This document shows positions 27,001-34,715 of a DNA stretch of 37,602 bases, piece by piece. How positions within the stretch are numbered: position 1 is the stretch's first letter; each line of letters begins with the position of its first letter. Source of the stretch: Candidatus Aenigmatarchaeota archaeon (lineage in GTDB: Archaea; Aenigmatarchaeota; Aenigmatarchaeia; GW2011-AR5). The stretch covers positions 1 through 37,602 of the forward strand of contig JACQNX010000047.1 in the NCBI GenBank assembly GCA_016202875.1, in the 5' to 3' direction. The position numbers and the translations under genes are program-made. The notes under the pieces are model-generated. The model was given only the letters and a program-made list of their open reading frames with translations, did not search any database and had not been told where the DNA came from.

Positions 27001-28244
27001 TATCAAGAAGACAGACTTCACACGGGAACAAAATAGTTTCCGGCGATCTTTTCGGGCAGAGGCCAAAGATATCACGATGCGCGTCTTCTGAATACGTGTA
27101 CGACCTTTCTGTCCGCGATACAGAAATGTTCGTAACTGCACAGGGCACAGTCTTGCACAATTCATTCTACGGATATTGTGGGTACACACGTGCGCGACTA
27201 TACAACATAGATGTCGCTGCTTCTATCACTGCGTATGGAAGAGAGAATTTGCAGAAAACGAAGAAACTCATAGAAGAAAACTTTGATGTAGAGGTTATTT
27301 ATGCGGACACAGATTCCGCATTTCTCAAAACAAAGACAATAAACTTAGATGAGGCAAAAAAAATAGGCGAAGGTATAGCCCGGTTTGTCACAGATAATCT
27401 GCCAGGCTATTTGGAACTGCAGTTTGAAAAAATATACAGGACGTTTATCATCCTTACAAAGAAAAGATATGCAGGGCTCAAGTACGAACTTGCAGGCGAT
27501 ACATGGACCAATGAAATAGAGATGCGTGGCATAGAGACTGTGAGAAGAGACTGGTGCCCGCTGGTTTCGCAGGTGATGCTAGATGTTCTGGACATTCTGC
27601 TTAAAGAAGGGGATTTGCAAAAAGCCATCGATGTTGTCAAAGATGTATTAGAAAAACTCCGCCATAACCAGATAGACTTGGACAGGCTTACAATAATAAA
27701 AGGCATTACAAAACATGTTGACAGCTATGAGGGACTGCTGCCACACATTGAACTGGCAAGAAAAATGACCATGAGAAACCCTCAGGCAGCACCAAGAATA
27801 GGAGACAGAATAGGATTTGTTATTATAAGGGGCAACCAACTGCTCTCAAAACGAGCTGAGGATCCGGAATATGTCAAGAAAAATAACATAGAAATTGATT
27901 CTGATTATTATATTCATAACCAGTTGCTGCCACCACTGGAAAGGATATTCACGTCGGTTGGCGTGGAGAAGAGCGAGATACTGGGCAGCGGCAGGCAAGT
28001 CAGCCTCGGAGATGTTATGAACGGCACAAAACGAAAAATGAAACATGACATAGACGTTCGGTATGACCATGCAGACAGCACAGATAAAAAAGAACAGCCG
28101 CTGCAGGGCTGGGAAGCGTTTGTGTGCAAAAAATGTGCCAAGAGTTTCAGGTCAATCCCGCTTCAAGGATCATGTGAATGCGGCGGCGAAATACTAATGA
28201 GCTATCATGGATCTGTGAGCAACAGGGCTGTTATTAACCAGTGA
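24078..28244 (+). CDS. polB: Family B DNA polymerase (intein-containing precursor) with a C-terminal DP2-like Zn finger
   Basis: Exo motifs FDIE, YNINNFD, YARKD; Pol motifs DFKSLYPS, K...N|SFYG, YADTDS, KKRY; C-terminal CKKC...CECGG. 1388 aa, 898 aa after intein removal. Confidence 0.96.
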   Translation: MKMQIVDVDYFLNTNKPVVRIFGRSQNGNAVCILYDQLLPYFYVKCSEEQAERIKGIKEVRSVEDAEMYIPIGYQEKKTLLKKIILLNPQDVPETRDRISALGIREVFEADIMFKYRFMIDHGLFGMQWIDAECTKANTKVAKVPAYCATTIKPVEQTGNAELRILSFDIECVSDDIKRAPDAKKDPIVMISMAFHPAYKGKKNIVFVAKHVLGENTKGFGSEKNMLEEFVKLIDDYDPDIITGYNINNFDLPYLMERLKHNKIPLNIGRSDKPMFGRTTGMTTEFVIPGRVVFDPYQILKRDPWLKFQRYDLNTVAKKMLNEEKHNVEYSEMAALWAGSREGLSRFIEYARKDADLSLRLVVEKGLMDKFYELSKISGVLLQDVFGGQTRRVDTMILHEFKKMDFVMPLNPSKSDLIRRAKERDKEGLKGAIVMEPKKGLHADGCVIVLDFKSLYPSIMRTYNISPDTLLQQGNAPHETSPTGAKFVAAGIQQGILPSLLTQLIETRSKIKKEMKAASGEKKRILNAKQLAIKDMSNSVHASTDIVVQEPTGNLHVCEIETLFNELVKEHPVKKIGDTEVIELDRWQTLSVDGNKSCFKPMYAISRHKHAGELTRIKTAMSEVMITDDHSIMAMAGRQSNRQRESQFDGLVEKGGKEVSEEDIIAQVRKVCLPENDVTFNWLEFLKTLPEEEILDICLYIPKSLQLNKKGWLKNRVKMLSAFNGPADSATLQTIVERRILRSSEGVLINRTGLTTVGNCGIVPVYEPTEDGEALIDFYEDFTYAKEEPLYYTLPITAAQKLPKFIERHSFVAVGGAHQGRRKVPIHLPVTDELAELIGWFVAEGSTYKRGNSFRSTISNTNKSHIRRITYLIKKCFGYDARIFNKDITMNTKLLYLFFRHLCGSSSYMKQVPDFILNSNTKIREAFMKGYYSGDGNVKVHRINTVSKTLAAQLNVMLKEFGGVQYNYFDGLYRISRRQTSHGNKIVSGDLFGQRPKISRCASSEYVYDLSVRDTEMFVTAQGTVLHNSFYGYCGYTRARLYNIDVAASITAYGRENLQKTKKLIEENFDVEVIYADTDSAFLKTKTINLDEAKKIGEGIARFVTDNLPGYLELQFEKIYRTFIILTKKRYAGLKYELAGDTWTNEIEMRGIETVRRDWCPLVSQVMLDVLDILLKEGDLQKAIDVVKDVLEKLRHNQIDLDRLTIIKGITKHVDSYEGLLPHIELARKMTMRNPQAAPRIGDRIGFVIIRGNQLLSKRAEDPEYVKKNNIEIDSDYYIHNQLLPPLERIFTSVGVEKSEILGSGRQVSLGDVMNGTKRKMKHDIDVRYDHADSTDKKEQPLQGWEAFVCKKCAKSFRSIPLQGSCECGGEILMSYHGSVSNRAVINQ
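25692..27161 (+). mobile_element. Intein with LAGLIDADG homing endonuclease in PolB motif B (490 aa)
   Basis: Interrupts KDMSN|SFYG; starts SVHAST, block B ITDDHS, LAGLIDADG-like LIGWFVAEG and FMKGYYSGDG, block F YVYDLSV, ends VLHN followed by Ser+1. Confidence 0.95.
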
Positions 28245-28343
28245 ATAGGCAACCTGTATCGTGTTATTGTTGGTGTCAGTCCCTCTATGGCACTACGTAC
28301 AAGATCAGCAAATCTTAAATACAAGAGCGAATAATGAAAATGT

Positions 28344-28538
28344 ATGGCCAACAGGCACATCAAAGTTATCAACGGAAGAAAATATTACTATGAATCCATA
28401 AGAAAAGGGAAAAAAGTAACCAGCAGATACCTGGGGCCAGTGGGCGAGAGGAAAAGAAAGCTAAGAGAGGCACAGCAGCCGCAGGAACTAGTTCTTGAGG
28501 AACAAGAAATAAGGCCAGAAGAAAATTATATTGGATGA
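28344..28538 (+). CDS. Small basic protein, putative beta-sheet nucleic-acid-binding domain
   Basis: HIKVINGRKYYYESIRKGKKVTSRYLGPV; TATA-like CTTAAATA at 28314-28321; resembles the N-terminus of the Fic protein in this window. Confidence 0.75.
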   Translation: MANRHIKVINGRKYYYESIRKGKKVTSRYLGPVGERKRKLREAQQPQELVLEEQEIRPEENYIG

Positions 28539-28681
28539 GGTTGGTGTGTTACCAATTAGCAGCTTCTAGAGGAAGTGCATTTTTAAGCTGATCTTGATAT
28601 TCCAACAATTTCTTTGGGCGTTAGTTTTAAAAGGGTTGTGCGCCAAACGAATGCATAAAATACTGTAAAGAGGTGCAAAAC

Positions 28682-28858
28682 ATGGCAGAACTTCTTGTGG
28701 TAAGAAGCAAAGTAAGGGAACTTGCAAAGAAAAAGAAAATGAACATGGGTGCTGATGCTGCTGACGCACTGAGCAAAGAAGTTGCCCGTCTTGTAGAGAG
28801 GGCATCAGAAAGGGCCAAGGCGAACAGAAGGTCAACGATCAAGGGCAGAGACGTGTGA
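28682..28858 (+). CDS. Prokaryotic histone-fold protein, short type with truncated alpha3 (58 aa)
   Basis: MAELLVVRSKVRE...DALSKEV..LVERA.ERAKAN.RSTIKGRDV with the histone RxTxxxxD signature ending one residue after the Asp; GAGGTG RBS. Confidence 0.88.
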   Translation: MAELLVVRSKVRELAKKKKMNMGADAADALSKEVARLVERASERAKANRRSTIKGRDV

Positions 28859-28867
28859 ACTACTTTT

Positions 28868-30055
28868 TCAAAACGGATAGTAAAAAATTATGGTTGGCAC
28901 CAGCAGGACAGCCATCATAACAGACATTTTTATTTTTGAAAGATACGCAAAAATACCCAGGCTTGCACAAACCGCAAAAAGAAGCAGGCCGTAGACGCCT
29001 GTGAACACAATGACCATTGCAAACACAGCAATGAAGACTATTTTAGACACTATGACGTAATTTATCTTTTCGATAATATGCAAAAACACCTTTGCCAGCC
29101 TTAATGCGGCGAGCGCCGAAACAGCGCCTGCAAATAAGGCGACGAAAAGCACCAGGAACACGTCTGGGAGAGAGAGCGAAAGGAAATTATCTATTATCAC
29201 CGCCGCCCCGCTCCTTGTCTTGCCTATAAGCCATAATGAAATAACAGAGATTATTATATTTGATGTTGCCAGGGCGCCCAATGTGAGCAGGAAAGATTTT
29301 TCATTCTTATCAACTGTTGCCAGGGACGCCACCTGACTGGTGCCAACACCGGGCAGAAGACCGGAAAATATACCGCCCAATGAACCGAATATCACAGAAC
29401 GCTTTATCAAACGCCTGGAGATGTATTCTTCAGGCTTCTGCTTTCCTATGATGATGCCCCTCTTCCTGAACTGCATGGCAAGCACGCTCGCGCCAAACAT
29501 ACCAGACAGCACGGGGAACAGCATTACTGTGCTGTCAAGCGGCAGGCGCTGCAGGGACAAGCCTATTACACCGGCGAAAAGAAAACACACACCTGACAGC
29601 AATTTTTTGGCCCCCTCTTCTGTAAGTATCATGTAGAGAGAAATACCCAAAAGCAGGAAAAACAGTGCTGGCTGCAGGAAGCCGTAGATAAGGGGAAAGA
29701 CGATAATAATTACAGGAAACAGCACCGCAAGCACGGCAACAGCGAGCAGACCTCCTGTAACAGCGAGCTTCACTGCCTGATAGCCGCGGCCTTCGAGCAG
29801 CATCCTATGGCCCGGGTTGACAGATAGCTCTGTGCCTTCTTCAGGCGCGCCGAAGAGAATAGAAGGAAGGAAATCTACAATCGCATTGGACACGGCCATA
29901 GCAACGACAAAGCAGATCAGATTCTGGGGCGCTGCAGATACGGAAAACAGCAGCGGCGTAAGAAGTATGAGGAAATTCGGATGCAGCCCAGGCACTAAAC
30001 CGAACACTATGCCAACAAAAATTCCCAATAAAGCAAAAAGCAAGAACTCTAACAT
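28868..30055 (-). CDS. TctA/DUF112 family membrane protein
   Basis: GLVPGLHPN, PSILFGAP, PGHRMLLEGRG, GLLPGVG, RSG; many TM helices. Confidence 0.88.
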   Translation of the reverse strand: MLEFLLFALLGIFVGIVFGLVPGLHPNFLILLTPLLFSVSAAPQNLICFVVAMAVSNAIVDFLPSILFGAPEEGTELSVNPGHRMLLEGRGYQAVKLAVTGGLLAVAVLAVLFPVIIIVFPLIYGFLQPALFFLLLGISLYMILTEEGAKKLLSGVCFLFAGVIGLSLQRLPLDSTVMLFPVLSGMFGASVLAMQFRKRGIIIGKQKPEEYISRRLIKRSVIFGSLGGIFSGLLPGVGTSQVASLATVDKNEKSFLLTLGALATSNIIISVISLWLIGKTRSGAAVIIDNFLSLSLPDVFLVLFVALFAGAVSALAALRLAKVFLHIIEKINYVIVSKIVFIAVFAMVIVFTGVYGLLLFAVCASLGIFAYLSKIKMSVMMAVLLVPTIIFYYPF

Positions 30056-30092
30056 AAAAAATCTTTAAATCCGAAGGTAATAAAATGATAGC

Positions 30093-30410
30093 ATGTTTGG
30101 CAAAGATCCGAAAAAAATTGAGCAGATGATGAAGAAGCTCAACATCAACACGAGAGAGCTGGATGCGAGCGAAGTCACAATCAGGACAGACTCAGGAGAC
30201 ATAATCATCGAAGCGCCGGAAATAATGATCATGACAATGGGCGGCCGCGACGTGTACCAGATAACAGGCCAAGTGAGGAAAGGCCCGAAAGAAGAGGATG
30301 TCAGGACAGTGATGGAGCACACAGGAAAGGACAGGACAGCAGTCGAGAAGAAGCTGGAAGAGCTGAACAACAATCTTGCAAAGGCGATAATGGAACTGAA
30401 GAAGGAGTAA
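30093..30410 (+). CDS. nac: Nascent polypeptide-associated complex protein
   Basis: P.KIEQMMKKL.I...EV.I...P......GRDVYQITG followed by a UBA-like EEDV..VMEHTG...LAKAIMEL tail. Confidence 0.92.
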   Translation: MFGKDPKKIEQMMKKLNINTRELDASEVTIRTDSGDIIIEAPEIMIMTMGGRDVYQITGQVRKGPKEEDVRTVMEHTGKDRTAVEKKLEELNNNLAKAIMELKKE

Positions 30411-30428
30411 TAGAAAGCAGGTGTTACA

Positions 30429-30665
30429 ATGAAAGACGTTTTGCGAAATAAGATGCTTGCAATTGCGTTGCTGCTGATAGGCATAATTTTCATCGTCGAA
30501 GCTTCTGCTGTCATGTACGTGCTGGGGCTGCTCCCACCCTTTATTTTGCAATCAAACCCACAAGTTGCGCAATTCGTGTCCGTCGGGTGGGGCTATGGGA
30601 TGCTGAAACTTCTTGTCGGGCTTATAGCTGCTGTGTCTGCTGGGGCAATTATTTTTTCACGCTAG
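30429..30665 (+). CDS. Small membrane protein (2 TM), hypothetical
   Basis: 78-aa ORF with two hydrophobic segments; AGGTG RBS. Confidence 0.72.
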   Translation: MKDVLRNKMLAIALLLIGIIFIVEASAVMYVLGLLPPFILQSNPQVAQFVSVGWGYGMLKLLVGLIAAVSAGAIIFSR

Positions 30666-30752
30666 ATAGGTTTTTATTGATTTCCCAGAAAAGATAATGC
30701 ATGGAACTATTCTAAATATACTTCATTCTGAGAGCGTAGGGAGACTGGTATT

Positions 30753-32219
30753 ATGTGCGGAATTATAGGAATTTACAATTTCACCGGTGAGAATATCGTA
30801 AAAACGGCGGCAATAGGGCTGCTAGGCGTACAAAATCGCGGGCACGAAGGAGCAGGTTTAGCCTTTTTTGATGATCATGCGTTCAGGTCTTTTAAAGAAT
30901 TCGGCTATGCGCACGAATTGTTTAAGGACAAGGAACTTTATAATGGCAACATAAATCTGAAAGATGTTGTCGGTGCAACTAGATATTCAACCCAAGGCGG
31001 TACTGATAAAAACAATTTACAGCCACATACTGTTAGAAATATTGTCCTTGTTCATAACGGCAATCTTATTAATACACATGAATTAAGGCCGCGATATGAT
31101 AAGCGATTTGGTGGCGAATACGATCTGCAAGGCACAACAGATTCCGAGCTTCTTGCCGCTATTTTTGCTGATTCAACAGACCTCATAGAAGGCGCGGAGA
31201 AGTGCGCGCGTGAGGCACTGGGCGGTTACAGTATTATTGTGATGAATGATCGAGGCGAAATGCTCCTTGCAAAAGATCCACAAGGATTTTGGCCTTTAGT
31301 TTATGGTAAACACAATGGAACATTTTACGCAGCTTCTGAAACGAGCACACTGCAGACATGGGGCTTTCGCAATGCTGAAATACATCACATCCAGCAGGGC
31401 GAATATGTCTTTTTGGATTCTAAAGCGCCTTTGGATGCAGAACAAATAAAAACCAATAGAGTTGGCGTAGTCAGAGAAAGCACGCCATGCTATTTCAATG
31501 ATATCTATTTCGGCAGGCCGTCATCAGTCAATGGGTCTAAGAGCAATCACTTTATAAGAAAAGAATTAGGAAGGATACATGCAAGACGTGACAGAGAAGA
31601 AGGCATTCGGGCTGATGCAGTTGTTCCAATAATGCATTCCGGGCTTTCTTATGCTGTAGGCTATGCACAGGAATCCGGATATCCACTAGATACTCTGCTA
31701 GACATCAATCACTCAATAGGGCGTATATACATCTCGCCTGACGGAAAGGGAGAAGACAGTTACTTAGGCTTAACCCTGACACGAGACGAATTAACGAGAA
31801 TCAAGCATGTGCCCATGGAACCAGAGCTTGGAGGAAAACGAATCGTGCTGACAGACGATTCAATAATAAGAAGTGTCGCATGTAACGCATTGGTGGAAGA
31901 GTTATTCAATGCAGGAGTTGCTGAAATTCACCTAAGGATAGGCTCCCCGCCTATACGATACCCATGTGCTTATGGTCAAGATTTTTCTACTAGAAGAGAA
32001 CTGGCAGCTGCCAGCGCAGAAAAAGAAATTGGTTCAGGGGAGCAAGGTCTTATAGAAGAATACCTAGCTAATGCACTGCACGTAACAAGTTTGCGTTACA
32101 GCACTATTGAAGATTTAAAAAAGACTGCAGGGCGTGGCATTTGCACAGCATGTTTAGATGGAAGTTATAAACCGGAATTGCCAGACACAGCCCAATTCAG
32201 AAATGCGCTGGCACTATGA
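30753..32219 (+). CDS. purF: Amidophosphoribosyltransferase-like protein (diverged)
   Basis: MCGIIG (Ntn Cys), QNRG, RYST, HNGNL, DSE, ASE; PRT loop LTDDSIIR; Cys residues in PCYF, PCAYG and CTAC. Confidence 0.85.
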   Translation: MCGIIGIYNFTGENIVKTAAIGLLGVQNRGHEGAGLAFFDDHAFRSFKEFGYAHELFKDKELYNGNINLKDVVGATRYSTQGGTDKNNLQPHTVRNIVLVHNGNLINTHELRPRYDKRFGGEYDLQGTTDSELLAAIFADSTDLIEGAEKCAREALGGYSIIVMNDRGEMLLAKDPQGFWPLVYGKHNGTFYAASETSTLQTWGFRNAEIHHIQQGEYVFLDSKAPLDAEQIKTNRVGVVRESTPCYFNDIYFGRPSSVNGSKSNHFIRKELGRIHARRDREEGIRADAVVPIMHSGLSYAVGYAQESGYPLDTLLDINHSIGRIYISPDGKGEDSYLGLTLTRDELTRIKHVPMEPELGGKRIVLTDDSIIRSVACNALVEELFNAGVAEIHLRIGSPPIRYPCAYGQDFSTRRELAAASAEKEIGSGEQGLIEEYLANALHVTSLRYSTIEDLKKTAGRGICTACLDGSYKPELPDTAQFRNALAL

Positions 32220-32224
32220 TACTT

Positions 32225-33814
32225 CTACTTCTTCAAAAACTTCTCCACGATCACGCTGAATGCCGGCCTTGCGATCAGCACGCCGACGAGTACGCCGATC
32301 ATAGTCACTATCGCAAAGCCGCGGAGCAAACCGAAACCAAAGATTGTCAACGGTATCATGACAGCTATCATAGTCCCTGCAGAGCCGAATATAATAAAGA
32401 AAGCGCGCTTGAATCTTTCCTTCAATGTTTCAACGTGCGCTTCGCCGCCACGGAGGGCCTGGTCTATTATAATGATCTGCGAATTCACACCAGTGCCTAC
32501 TGTGGCGATAATGGCAGCAATGGCTGCCAGGTCTATTGTCCAGCCAATGGCTGTGGCCAAGCCTAAAATAATCAACACTTCACTTAAGAACGTAGCTACC
32601 ATTGGAATTACAAGGCGCAGCCGCCTGTAGCGCAACAGCACTATGACAACTACGCCTATTACTGCACCCAAACCCGCGAGCAACGCGCTCTTTATGAAGC
32701 CGACACCAAGCGTAGGGGATATTGTGTCTATGCTCAAGACTTCTATCGCCGTTGGCAAGGCGCCGGAGCGCAGGATTGCCTGCAATCTTGCTCTTTCACG
32801 CGCCGCTTCCTGAAAAGAGTCTGCACCACCTGAAATGCTTATTTCTGTTTCAGCACGTCCTTTTAGTGTGGAGGCGATGTTAAGCGTGTCAATGATTTCA
32901 CCATCGAGATAGAGCGATATCTGCGCGTCCAGATAGTTCCCGAGAGATGCTGCGTTTTTCGTGACTTTTGCAAAACGCTCTGCGCTCTCTGGGCTTATCT
33001 GTATCCCGAATGACCACTGGAAACCATTGCCCAAGTTTTCTATGCGCGAGCGCTGTGGATCAAAGAATACTGTCCTGATGTCAGAACCGGAAAATATAAT
33101 GGCTGTAAGATTTGCCCTGCTGCCACTACGGTTGTTGTAGACAAATTCTATGTGATCAATAACAAAGGAATCTCCAGGCTTTACCGTTTTATTCCCGATA
33201 GTCGCAACAGAGTCTGAAAATGTTATATTGTACTTCTTATCAAGATTGAGAGACGAAGCAGCAAATGTTATTTTTCCTTCGAACTTCCCCTGGGTCTGCA
33301 ACAAGTCAACAAGCTCCTGCTTATTGCCGCCAGCAATACTGATCTCAATAAAATTTTCCTTGTTTACACTCACAGTGCGAAATGCGGCTTCCCGCAGACC
33401 GAAGACATTTATCCTTGTCTGCAGAGTGGACTTGACCTGTTCTGCGACCTCAGGACTGCTGTCATTCAGTTTTATCAATGCACGGACTCCGCCTTTTATA
33501 TCAAGCCCAAAACGGAGATTGGTTGGCTGGACTTCTTCGATATCAATGCCCAGCGTGCCGTTTGCCCTTACGAATATGGCGCCTTTGTCTGTTTTAAGCT
33601 TCACAATGCCGGAATAAGTTTTGTCAACAAACTGCGGTGTAAACTTTTCGCCGTTAACCTCATAAACAACTATGCCGACTTTCAGCTGTTCTGGCGCATC
33701 TTTGCCGATAAAGGAAATTCTATAGCCAGCGGGATTCAGGTTGGGCCCTATAAGCACAATAGCTATGACAATGAACAGGAGCCACAACAGCACTTTGTAG
33801 TTTTTCAGGATCAT
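32225..33814 (-). CDS. secD: Protein translocase subunit SecD
   Basis: FGLDIKGG, LQTRINVFGL, LRSGALP, ISPTLG, IDLAAIAAII..VGTGVNSQIII, LRGFA. ATG 33814 overlaps the secF TGA. Confidence 0.92.
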   Translation of the reverse strand: MILKNYKVLLWLLFIVIAIVLIGPNLNPAGYRISFIGKDAPEQLKVGIVVYEVNGEKFTPQFVDKTYSGIVKLKTDKGAIFVRANGTLGIDIEEVQPTNLRFGLDIKGGVRALIKLNDSSPEVAEQVKSTLQTRINVFGLREAAFRTVSVNKENFIEISIAGGNKQELVDLLQTQGKFEGKITFAASSLNLDKKYNITFSDSVATIGNKTVKPGDSFVIDHIEFVYNNRSGSRANLTAIIFSGSDIRTVFFDPQRSRIENLGNGFQWSFGIQISPESAERFAKVTKNAASLGNYLDAQISLYLDGEIIDTLNIASTLKGRAETEISISGGADSFQEAARERARLQAILRSGALPTAIEVLSIDTISPTLGVGFIKSALLAGLGAVIGVVVIVLLRYRRLRLVIPMVATFLSEVLIILGLATAIGWTIDLAAIAAIIATVGTGVNSQIIIIDQALRGGEAHVETLKERFKRAFFIIFGSAGTMIAVMIPLTIFGFGLLRGFAIVTMIGVLVGVLIARPAFSVIVEKFLKK

Positions 33815-34656
33815 CTGTTTTTCCTCTCCATGTACAGCCGCAGAATTCCTGCATTGGTAAACCATGTTGCAAATACATCAACAATTAAGCCAATAATAAG
33901 CACCAGTGCGATCCGCTCAAGCACAAAAGAACCGGCGATAAAATACAGTGCAACCAATGCAGCCAGTGTGGTAGCAGTCATGACAAGACCGGTTTTCATG
34001 CCATTTGTAATCCTTTCAAACATCTGCAATTCGCGGGAACGCAGCATGTTAGTTGTCAGCAGAATGTCTGTGTCTACAGAATACCCAATCAATGTCAACA
34101 GGGCGGCGATAACGGGAAGCGAGAGCTCTATATGCAGCACGTTCATGATACCAAGTGTTATGCCGATGTCTACAATCACAGAAAGAATGACAATGCCTGA
34201 CGGCACGGGAGAACGAAATATTGCAAAGACCACAATAGCCATGAGAATAAATGCCACTACGAACGCCAGTACTGCTTGCTGGAAAAATATTGCACCAAGA
34301 ACAGGGCCGATAGTGCGCACAGTAGGTTCGCCTTCAAAATTGACGATTGTTTTAAGCGTTTCAATTGCCTGGGTTTCATTTGCACTATAAGGCAGACTAA
34401 TCTGAAGCGTTTTTGTAATGCCTGATATTAGCTGGACCTTTGCACCAGGAATTGCATTTTCTAGTGCCTGAATATCAGCATCCCTGACAGTTACACTGAT
34501 CTGCTTGCCGCCTGTGAGTTCAACGTCCCTTTCCAGGATAAAGCCTGTTGTCAGTGCTGTGTTGGCCAAGACCATAATGGATATCACTAAAGCAATCAGC
34601 GGCAGCCACATGAGCTTTTTCTGGTGCTTATCAACAATTCCAAATATCGAGAGCAT
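33811..34656 (-). CDS. secF: Protein translocase subunit SecF
   Basis: DVELTGG, IGPVLG, FRSPVPS, AALLTLIGYSVDTDILLT, TWFTNAGIL. Confidence 0.94.
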   Translation of the reverse strand: MLSIFGIVDKHQKKLMWLPLIALVISIMVLANTALTTGFILERDVELTGGKQISVTVRDADIQALENAIPGAKVQLISGITKTLQISLPYSANETQAIETLKTIVNFEGEPTVRTIGPVLGAIFFQQAVLAFVVAFILMAIVVFAIFRSPVPSGIVILSVIVDIGITLGIMNVLHIELSLPVIAALLTLIGYSVDTDILLTTNMLRSRELQMFERITNGMKTGLVMTATTLAALVALYFIAGSFVLERIALVLIIGLIVDVFATWFTNAGILRLYMERKNR

Positions 34657-34715
34657 TTTTGGTCACATTAAAGAACTCTTATCAATTATTTAAGTTTAAA
34701 ACAGTTTTAATTCTA

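Noticed and set aside
28266-28609. Autonomous IS element
   Set aside because: No DDE or HUH domain, interrupted repeats and no target duplication; kept only as a repeat and domain observation.
32225-33865. Longest-ORF starts for secD (and for PMM, pepQ, GNAT, GGR, histone, dnaG, antitoxin)
   Set aside because: The extensions overlap neighbours or promoters; downstream ATGs with RBS or ATGA coupling fit better.
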